A DNA stretch of 64,000 nt from Paraspadella gotoi. Taxonomy: Eukaryota > Animalia > Chaetognatha. The number at the start of each line of letters is the position of its first letter. Position 1 is the stretch's first letter. Below the pieces are notes generated by a model. The model did no database searches. It was not told the origin of the DNA and saw only the letters and a program-made list of their open reading frames with translations. The DNA lies in assembly GCA_051294375.1 (NCBI GenBank), contig CM119266.1, positions 9,246,538 through 9,310,537 of the forward strand, written 5' to 3'. The position numbers were made by a program, and so were the translations under genes. Shown here piece after piece: positions 53,841-64,000 of this stretch.

Positions 53841-54542
53841 TAGGGATGGAACCCTCGTTCTTCTCCCCACTCTTGGGCGATGGTAGCCGAATTTATAAGT
53901 AGACATTTGTGTGGAAAGTTTCGAATATTTATATAAAACTTTAAATAATTAATAAGGATCAAAATAAATAAAAGATTCATCACGAGATTCTCGAACTCAG
54001 AGATTTTCAATCCATGTCCAGACTTACTTAGTGGCAAGCGCCACTGCCCGGTTGTCTTAACATAATAGATATTCACTTTTACAAACGGTTATCTTATTAT
54101 AATATGACAATCACAGTGATTAAAACAAAAGACACTATAACACACCTAGTTTAAGCAGGAGTGTCATCACTAGTAAATATTATGTTGACTTTATTGGTTA
54201 TCTACGTTTCATTAGACGTTTAAGTCTCTATCTTCACAATAGTATTGCTTAATGTTCAATAGTGTTATTACTTCATTGGTTAATGTTTCCATTGTTAGGT
54301 AGGATTTATATGATATGTACTGGTTATATTTTTTGTAATGAGGATATAGAACCAAATTCCTAAACTCAGAATCCCAAACCTTTTTTCATAATTGTTTTTA
54401 TATTTTTTTGGATAGAGATATGAACTGGAATAATGTAAAATCTTAAGTTACGGTCTAAATTGGCCATGAGGTTTAGAAAGAAATCGACCAAAAACAAACA
54501 AAATTCCACACCCCTTTTGATTCAACATTTTTCCCCTTTTAA

Positions 54543-55574
54543 GGTCCAGGATCACTACAGTTTCAAATTAATAATTAGCCTCAAAAAACCGGTAGCTCGG
54601 ATTTCGAAAGGAGAGCTCCTGACGATATCCGAAAATGTATCACTTTACTATTTTTTTTCAAAGGTCGTCATCGTTTTTTTTGATTTATTTTGTACTATAA
54701 TAAATAAAAGAAAGCCTATTTGAAGAGCTTGCAGCCCAAACGTAAGGCCGCGGGTTTCTCATAAAATTTGGCCGAAGATATGAATTACCTTTTAGGTCAC
54801 TAACTCCAATTCTATGAAAAGATATTTTCAAAATTTGCCTCCTTTCATATAAAATTTTGATTATTTTAATCAATTTTTGGGATTAATCCTTGATATCTTT
54901 GAAACGAAAAACTTTTTTGCAAAAACGGAGCGCTATTAGGATACTCTCCCACCTTCCTGTCTTGCCCAAGCATATTTTTTTCTCAAGAAGAGTCAAACGG
55001 TTTGGAAGCTGTTGCAACTCATTCGTTTTTTAACTTCACGTTCGTCAAAGAAAGTTAAATTCTGTACTCATTAAAACTCATTAAACATTTACGGATAAAG
55101 TAAAAGGAGTCAAATATGAAATAATTCGAATAAGTTTTTTAACTCATAGAAAACTCATGAAAGTATAAAAAACGTCTGAAAATTGTAGAAGAGTAGTTTG
55201 TTTTAGACTTTATTAGTGATACAAACCCTCATGTATGTACTTTGACCAAAGGATAAGAATTAAACTTATAGAGAAGTAGGAGAATTGGAGCTTACTGTTA
55301 AAGAAATCAGTTTTAAGTTAAAAAATATATTAGTTGATAGAGAAATATTCAGCTTACATAATAAAAAATATTTTTCTCTTGAAAATTCTAGTTTTACCGA
55401 AAGAAAAAATTGTTTAAATTTTTAATGAAACAGAATTTATTTAGGTAGATTTATTAAAAGTTTTTGAACAATTTTAATTAGAAAACCATCTTACATGGCG
55501 CATATGAGAACAATGATTAAGATACAGTAAATTAAGATTTCACGCAAATTTATTAGGTTAGTGATTCCCTGGCC
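54543..55574. mobile_element. Non-autonomous DNA transposon, Kolobok-like (TTAA target, GG...CC ends)
   Basis: TTAA|ggtccaggatcacta at left and tagtgattccctggcc|TTAA at right form imperfect TIRs with a TTAA duplication; non-coding AT-rich interior. Confidence 0.65.
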
Positions 55575-57183
55575 TTAAGATTTTCGCCGTATCCTGACGT
55601 CCTCTTACAAACTTTTAATTCCTGCTAGTTAATTTTTTTTTCCTAAACTAAGCAAAGAAATCCATAACTTTACTATTATTATATAATTTCTGAGGTTGTA
55701 AAAAAATATATAATGAAATTACTTATTAACATTGGGAATTATGAAAAGTATAATGGTGGCTTGTGAAGCCTTGAGAGTTAAATATTAAAAAATTCGCCTA
55801 TTTTATATTTGAAAAATGACAGTAAAGTGAACAAGATTGAATTGGTCTTTCCGGCTCATTTCAGTAAACATCCCTGTTGGAGTCTAGCATAAAATAATGT
55901 TTACCTTTTGCTGGTGGAAAAGAAAGATAAATACTTAGGCTGTGATGGCGTGTGAATAATATTTGTAGAATTTGTAAACATGCTTGTAATATCAGACAAG
56001 GCAAATATTTAAGTTAAATAAAAATTATATTTTCTTTATCCAAAAACTTTAAAGTTTTTACTGAGTACAATTTAGCCTTTTTCCTTCACATCACTAAAAG
56101 AATTTAATTTTCATTTATTTTATATGCGGGTTTCATTAGTTTTGAAAATGCATTATAATTATTTGACTTAGGTGTTTGACACTAACCCTGTAAAGAACTT
56201 TCAGCAAAAATTAAATTGCTAATATTGTAACTTGTATTGTGACCCAATGATTTATGGCTTCATTTTCGGTACTATTGCCATCCCTGTATCTTTGTTCCTT
56301 CAAAAGCATATCAGGAAAATAAGTTTTTTCCTCAACCTTCCTTTTAATTTCTTTATTAAATACAAAATTTCATGTTGTCAGAACCGGACCAATGGACTTA
56401 CCACGTTGGCTCTCTACTATGAAAGAAGTGAGTCAATAATTGAAAAGAAAAAATTTTTTGGCAAGCTCTTGAGAACAGAGGCTTTCTTAAATTCATAATT
56501 CGAAAAGTAATATTATAATGTTTAACATACCCTAGGCCCGTTTGACAATTTTCGAAAACTCAAAATTTTCCCGTTGCTTTCTATAGTAAAAACAAGACTT
56601 GAAAATTTCCGGAGATGACTAGTGCCATTTCCCTGGCTTGTTTGATATTAAAATCCTTTATTCAAAATGCCATAAGAACGAATTTGGCTAGCCTCTTAAG
56701 ATATAATGCTATCAGGAAATCGTGTGTTTTTTACAACTGAATTTTTTATTCTCCGAATTTCTGGCAATCGCGTTGTGCATTTCGCAAATAAGAGTAGTAG
56801 CATGATTTTAACGGAAAATCTCTATTAGAAAAATGATTGAATTGTTTTTATAGGGAATGTCTTCGTATATATGATATAGAGGTGATTTTTTAGAATGCTT
56901 AGATCAAAAAAAAGCAGACAGAATAATCTATATGCCTCTCTAGGGATTAATATATTATTTAAGTCTGTTTCTACTATTGAACAATAAAAAACTCAACTTG
57001 TTCTGAGATGAACGTTTTTAATACTCACACGAGAACATTGGAAGTCAAATTCGCATTAGAGTGACTGTATTCGCCACTCTCTCTCTCTCTCTCTCTTCTC
57101 TTCCCTCTGTGCTCTTCCCTTCCCACCCTTCCTTCCACCCCCCCTCTCTCTCTCTCTCTCTCTCACTCTCTTCTCTTTCTGAC

Positions 57184-57265
57184 CTTCCTCAGAAACAGAG
57201 GCAGATGGCGTCTGCGTGATCAATCCTCCTCCTTGCAGCGCCGTCTTGAGTCTCTCGTTTTCTTC
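57184..57265 (-). CDS. KIF28: KIF28-like kinesin exon (EENERLKTALQGGGLITQTPSASVSEE), neck coil after the motor domain
   Basis: T-rich tttcag acceptor, GTCAGA donor, phases 0/1 fit the 48516 exon; EEN.RLK is the typical kinesin-3 neck coil. Confidence 0.8.
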
Positions 57266-58501
57266 CTGAAAAAAAAACAACAAAATAACACAACATGAAA
57301 GAAGAAAAAACAACGAAAACAAGAAAAAATAAACAAACAAACAAAGAAAACAGAATTAGAGATTATGATAATCAAAAGCTCTTGGGATTCTACAGATCTG
57401 TACGCAACAAAAAANNNNNNNNNNNNNNNNNNNNNNNNNNNNNNNNNNNNNNNNNNNNNNNNNNNNNNNNNNNNNNNNNNNNNNNNNNNNNNNNNNNNNN
57501 NNNNNNNNNNNNNNNNNNNNNNNNNNNNNNNNNNNNNNNNNNNNNNNNNNNNNNNNNNNNNNNNNNNNNNNNNNNNNNNNNNNNNNNNNNNNNNNNNNNN
57601 NNNNNNNNNNNNNNNNNNNNNNNNNNNNNNNNNNNNNNNNNNNNNNNNNNNNNNNNNNNNNNNNNNNNNNNNNNNNNNNNNNNNNNNNNNNNNNNNNNNN
57701 NNNNNNNNNNNNNNNNNNNNNNNNNNNNNNNNNNNNNNNNNNNNNNNNNNNNNNNNNNNNNNNNNNNNNNNNNNNNNNNNNNNNNNNNNNNNNNNNNNNN
57801 NNNNNNNNNNNNNNNNNNNNNNNNNNNNNNNNNNNNNNNNNNNNNNNNNNNNNNNNNNNNNNNNNNNNNNNNNNNNNNNNNNNNNNNNNNNNNNNNNNNN
57901 NNNNNNNNNNNNNNNNNNNNNNNNNNNNNNNNNNNNNNNCCGCCGCAGCCGCTGTCGCTGACTAATCTAGCGGAAAAGCAAGAGTACATTTACTTCTTAT
58001 GATTGACTCCCGTCGACATAGATTGGAAAAAAAATATGTTAATAAAAATTCAAATTTAAACATGATAAAGTTGATAACAGAAAAACCTGTGAGAACTTAA
58101 ATTTCAATTGGTTTCTTTCGCATTTAGAATTCGCCGTCATTTCACTGTTCGCTCAGTTAATACCAACCCAGTCCCGTTTCTAATCCCGTGTAAAATGAAA
58201 AATAAAACGAAAATAAATAATTTTTAAAAAATTNNNNNNNNNNNNNNNNNNNNNNNNNNNNNNNNNNNNNNNNNNNNNNNNNNNNNNNNNNNNNNNNNNN
58301 NNNNNNNNNNNNNNNNNNNNNNNNNNNNNNNNNNNNNNNNNNNNNNNNNNNNNNNNNNNNNNNNNNNNNNNNNNNNNNNNNNNNNNNAGCCACGTCGGCC
58401 AAGTTGGATCGATTTACGTCGGGGTCGAGCGTCGAAGGAGAGAAGGGGGGAGGTAGGGGAAGGGGTAGGGGTAGGGGTGAGAAAGATGGGTGGTGGCGGT
58501 G

Positions 58502-58529
58502 GTGGGTTCGAATTCCACCGCTGCCACCA
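58502..58529 (+). other. tRNA-Leu-like 3' fragment including CCA (T-arm + acceptor 3' strand)
   Basis: gtgggttcgaattccaccgctgcca-cca closely matches the 3' end of eukaryotic tRNA-Leu as I recall it; no D-arm or anticodon arm upstream. Confidence 0.45.
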
Positions 58530-59010
58530 CACTTAAGTAAGTGGACGGGGATTTCTAGACAAAACCAGAAAATAGACAGTAAATACCGAGAAATTGTCAA
58601 TTTAGCGCCATCGGATCGAAGGTAAGGGTAGAAATCGCCGGCGGATGTAAGCCGATCCGATCATTGGCCGGTGCCATTTGTGTCTCGACCAATGAGAGAG
58701 TTCCATTCGTTTCGTGTTGTATTCTCAGTATTTTTCGTTCTCTCGTCATTTCGAAGTTACATTTCCCGCAAAGTTATACGGTATCCTTTTTATTGACTCA
58801 TTTCTCTTTTTGGTTTTTATAATACATAATACATAAATGTTCACGAGATACATTCACTAGAATCACAACTTGAAAATGAATCACTGACCAAACCCCCCCC
58901 CAACTCCCCCCTTATCCTCCTCTTTATGGGTTGTTTACGGATAATCACTTTTTCTCTTTTCCTCCAAAGTCCCGTCCGCATTTATNNNNNNNNNNNNNNN
59001 NNNNNNNNNN

Positions 59011-61247
59011 AAGAGAAAAGAAGGAGAAAAAAAAAGAAAAAAGGGCGGCCGCCCGAAGTGGAGCGTGAGGAAAAGCAGCGGGAAGGAAGCCTAACAGCAA
59101 TTATAAATAAAAAAACGAGACGAGAAGAAGGAGAAAGGAGAAGAGGAAGAAGGACGGAGAGATAAAAAATACATGTGTAAAGAAAGAAAAAGGAAATGGA
59201 AGAAAAAAAAAACCGAAAACAATCTCCGAAATGCATTAAAAAACGAAAGAAGACAAATAAAAAGAGGGAAACTCACCAACGAAAACATATAAATATCAGT
59301 TGAAAAAATTAAAACAAATCGACATACTTTATAAACCAAAGACAAATTCATCAACCACACCATAGGCCAATCCAATCAAACCCACCAATCTAATCGATAT
59401 TCGAACCCCAAGCCAACCAAACCTTTCTTCCTCCCCTTGGACTTGCTCGTCCGCGGCGCAACGGGCGCCTCTCTGACCCCAGAGCCTTCCTTTCCCTTCG
59501 CGTCGTCCCAAGTTTTTTGGAGAGTTTGATGTATTCCTCTCTGATCTTGGAATTTGCTTGCATGAGGGGCCAGCCCGTACTCTTCCTCCATCTCTTGACG
59601 AGGCGAAGTCGTTCTGAGTTGAAAAAGGAGGTGTTACCCTTCCTTGGGGGGCGGTTTGGTTCAAACGATATTAAATTATTTATATTTTTTTTAACATTAA
59701 ATTATTAATGCCTTCGCAAACACAACGGGCAACACAGACCAGCTTAAGGGTTCTCGCTTAAATTGACTTGACTTTTTTTGATTGCAATCTGCATATATTA
59801 TAAACCAATAATATTCATGCCCATTATAAACCAATGAAAAAAAAAAAAAAACACAGGCAAGGGATCAAATCATAATGACTCGCTTACAAACATTCGCGTC
59901 CTTATTTTAAGGCACCTTGCTGAATTTTTGCCAATATGCCAAAATTGGAGATTATAAAAAACTCATTTGGAAATTTTGTAACATCGGAAAACCTTATTTT
60001 TCCAAAAACCTTCACAAAAACACCGAAATCTTGTTTTCAAAAACAATCCGAAAGAGGAGGAGAAACTGTCTTCTTTAGAGAGCAGAGAGGAGGAGAGAGA
60101 GGAGAGAGAGACACTAGATTATTAGACTAGAGCGCGCGCAGAGAGCAGAGAGAGAGGGGATCCTGAGACGAGAGAGAGAGATGACAGAGAGAGAGGAGGA
60201 GGAGAGCGAGAGTGAAGAGAGAGGCGAGCAGAGAGAGGAGCAGGCAACATGGTAATTGCGGAGATTAGGTTTTGAAACTGACCTTCTTCGCTCGGTGGGG
60301 AAATGACGCTCTCGTCCAGAAAAAGAGGGAAAAGTGGATTCAATAATTAAGAGGGGGCGTTGAAGTTGGGACGGGTGTGAACGGGGGGAACAGTGGCGGG
60401 AGAGAAGGCAGAGTGGCGCGGAAGAGGGGAAGGGGTGAGGGGAGGGAGAAGAGAGAAATTCTAATTTAAAGAGGAAAAGATATATACTATATCAGTTGTT
60501 ATAACATTAAAAAAATAATTTTAGTGGAATTGAATGAGGGGAGGCGTGGGTGGGACCAGAGAGGCGAGAGAAAAGTAAATATTCGAATGAGGACTGATTA
60601 AATGAAAATGAATTGAATGAATGACATGAATGACAATGAATCATGACCATCAATGAAATGACTAGAATTAAATTAAACGATATAATAAGAATTCTAACCA
60701 GAGAAGAAAGAGAAAGAGAAGAAAGAAGGAAAAGAATAAAAAAAACGGGAAAAGCGAAAAGCGATCGATACGACTCGGACCGGTCGAGTCGGTTTCGGCT
60801 CTTCGCGCCCCCATTTTTTTCATAGACCCCGACACGACGTCCATCGCCGTCAAAAATTGACGTCACGACGACGAGAATTGAGGTTTTGCTCTCGCGACCT
60901 TGAGGCGTCTCGCCTCATTTTTCCGTCGAGTGGGTGCGCTTTTAAAGTCATGTGAGGGGGAAGAAGAAAGAAAAGGGGCGGACATGGGGCGTGGGCGTCG
61001 GTTCATTTCGATCTCTGATTTCCTTTTTTTTTTTGCGTCACCGTTGTCGCCTTAACGTCACGACGCCGCATGGCCGTCTCTCAACTCTCTTGTCGTTTGA
61101 AGACGTTGGTTTCTGTTCATCTCGTCGCCCACCTTACTCTAGAGGTCAATTCAATAAAACGGCTCTCTTCTTATTTTCTTACTATTCTATTCCCTCACAA
61201 CTCTAATCTTCTCTTCCCGCTCTCTTTCTTTTCTTTCTTTCTTCTCC

Positions 61248-61290
<43 letters not shown>

Positions 61291-62055
61291 TATATATAAT
61301 TATATATCTCTTTTCTCCTCTCACATGTGAATCGTTTCACAAAAGTAAATCGACTTTTGCGTGAGACCAAAGGCGATCTTTCGAAGGCTATACATACAGA
61401 CAACAGCCGTTGGTCACTCTGATATTCGGATCTTTTTATTTCTGCATTTAAATTCCAATATTTAGCCTAACAGCTTGAAAGAACATATATATGCTGGCAG
61501 CATTGTCACATTATGGTTCATGTATTTTATTTTGAATGACTCATTATCTTTTTCGCGTTTAGTCAATTTGGTGCCTTTGTGCTTGTGGCTCTTTTAACTT
61601 AAATGTTTGATTGTAATTGCACATTTGAATAACAATTCTTGCTCACACGATATTTTTTACTTACTCTTCGTTAGTTAGTAAGGGTAAGTTAAAAGTTTTC
61701 ACAGTCTGTAGTTTCCATCGGGAACCGCAAAATTTTAAACGGGAGTCTATTAACGTCTCTTCTTTCCTAAAATTTTTTTTATCTGCTACATGGTAATGCG
61801 CTCATGTTGGTATGCGTATGCGTTATGCACTATGCGAATGGTATGCATTATGCGCTTATGCCGTTGGTTATGCGTTGTAATCTGTAATATACCATTAATT
61901 TTATATCACGACCCTAAAACGTTCTTACCTCGCTCTGTGTTGTTGTTTTCGGCTTACTGTCTCTACTCTCTCTCTCTCATCTCTCTTCTCTCGCTCTCTC
62001 ATCTCTCTCTCTCTACGTCTCTCCTTCTTCTCTCCTCTCTCTCTCTTCCCTCTTC

Positions 62056-62087
<32 letters not shown>

Positions 62088-64000
62088 TCGAATTTTCTTT
62101 CTCCATAATTTGCAGTCGTTAAGAAACTCGGCGGAAAGAAGAGACAATCCCCATGAATTTTAATTGTCTTTGTTTTTTTTTTGCTTCCAAGGATTTCTAT
62201 CTCCTCTTCTCGTTCTAACAGTAAAAATTCTCATTAATGGAAGAAACAGCGAGAGAGAAATGTAAAAATACAATAATTTAAAATATTTTAATTTAAAGTT
62301 TATTAACTTATTCCAGATATAAAGACATGGAACACTTTAAACTGGAAGGTTAAAATTTATAATCTTTAAAACATTTTTTTAATATTTTTCTATGCATACA
62401 AGCAACTTGAACATTCTCATGCATACGAATTAAATGCGACCGTGATATCAATAATGAATTGACGTCTCTCCAAAAGTTTTAGCTAGGAATGTCATAGTGA
62501 CTCTCTCTCGCTCTCTCTCTCTCTCTCTCTTCTCTCCTTCTCTCTCTCTTCCCTCCTGGCTGGCTCCTTCCCTCCCACCCTCCCTTTCCACCCCCCTCCT
62601 CTCTCTCTCTCTCTCTCACCTCTCCTCTTTCTTTCCTACCTCTTCCTCAGAAACAGAGGCGAGATTGGCGTCTCCTGCCCGTGATCATCCTCCTCCTTGC
62701 GCGCACCCGCGTCTTGAGTCTCTCGTCTTTTCTTCCTGAAAAAAAAAACCAACAAAAATAAACACAACAAGAAAGGAAGCTAGGAAAAAAACAACGAAAA
62801 CAAGAAAAAATAAACAAAACAAACAAAGAAAACAGAATAGAGATTTATCTGATAAAATCAAAAGCTCTTGGGATTCTACAGATCTATGCTACGCAACCAA
62901 AAACTACGAGAAAGAGAGAGAGATGACGAAGACGAGAGCACCGACGAGAGAGAGAGTGAGAAGAGGAGAGAAGACGAGAGAGAAGCGACTGAGAGAGAGA
63001 CAGACGGGAGGAGGGAGACCAGACGAGCACTGATGAGAAGGACAGACAGACGATGAGGAAGGAAGGGGACGAAAGCGATTATTTAACCAGAGACGCCGAG
63101 AGAAGGGAAAAGCCCCTCCGCAGCGTTTTGCACTCCAGCAGGCGACGCCATTAATTCCTCCCCGTGGAATCGAAGCTCTTCGTTCTCTTTGCTCTCTCTC
63201 CTCTCCTGTTCTCTTCATCCTGCTCTCTTCTCTCATCATCTGCTCTGTCTCGGTCATCTCATTCTCGGTGCTCTTCCTCTTCTCGTCTCTACTTCTCTCT
63301 CTCTCATTCTCGTCTCTCTTCTATCTCTCTCTCTCTCTAACTCTCTTCTCTCTTCTCCTCCGGTAAAAAAAAACAAACATTTTTCAAGCAGCCCGCAGGC
63401 CGGCAGCCGACCGCCCAGCCGCTCGTACGCTGGCAACTAAAATCTAGCAGGAGAAAAGCAAAGAGTACATTTACCTTCTTTAATGAATGACTCCCGTCGA
63501 CCATAGATTTGGAAAAAAAAAATTATGTTAAATCAAAAAAATTCAAATTTAAACATGAATAACAGTTTCGATTAACAGATGAAAAAACCTGTGAGAACTT
63601 TAAATTTCAATTCGTTTCTTTCGCATTTTAGACATTCGCCGTCAAATTTCACTGTTCGCCCCTTCAGTTAATACCAAAACCCAGTCCCGTTTATCTTCAA
63701 TTCCCGCGTGTAAAATGACAAAAATAAAACGAAAATAAATAATTTTTAAAAATTTCCCCCCCCTCTCCCCCACCCCCCATTCCCCGTCTTCTAAAAAAAC
63801 AACACGCCGCAGAGTAAGAACCCTTCAAACTCTCCCATTTGTATTAGCCCCTTTCGTTGCATGGACGTCTCGAAAACCCGTAGCCTTTCGGTACCCCTGC
63901 CCCGGGCGACGGCGCCCGCCCCTGCGACCGAGCCACGCTCGGCCAAGTTGGACTCGATTTACGTCGGGGTCCGAGCGTCGCATCAGCGAGAGCAAGGGGG
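59011..64000. other. Noisy duplicate of ~48000-50842 joined to ~57054-58445, with frameshifted copies of two kinesin exons (59423-59613, ~62640-62735)
   Basis: Continuous colinear match with dense small indels; starts right after an N-gap. Confidence 0.9.

Overview
Eukaryotic (most likely invertebrate metazoan) draft-assembly window. It is very rich in microsatellites, has many N-gaps, and contains indel-rich stretches that look like raw long reads used as gap-fill. The main feature is a minus-strand kinesin-3 gene of the KIF28/KLP-6 type. I traced 14 exons (57265 down to 27251) covering the post-motor coil, FHA domain, KIF1B-like segment and C-terminal region; the motor domain is not visible here. 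Three central exons are frameshifted, probably by sequencing error, and two gene segments appear twice as noisy duplicates (34645-36372 and 59011-64000). Mobile DNA includes a degenerate Ty3/Gypsy RNaseH-integrase fragment, a TTAA-flanked Kolobok-like non-autonomous element, a MITE and a ~0.94 kb palindrome. The most interesting item is a ~310-bp repeat family (4 copies) with an LTR-like TGTAG start and an internal tRNA-like Pol III A/B-box module. Two copies form a compact LTR-PBS?-PPT-LTR (TRIM-like) unit inside a ~6.2 kb insertion that the duplicate copy of the locus lacks. A second, unidentified multi-exon gene may lie at 4611-7175 (minus). All calls were made by eye, with no database searches.
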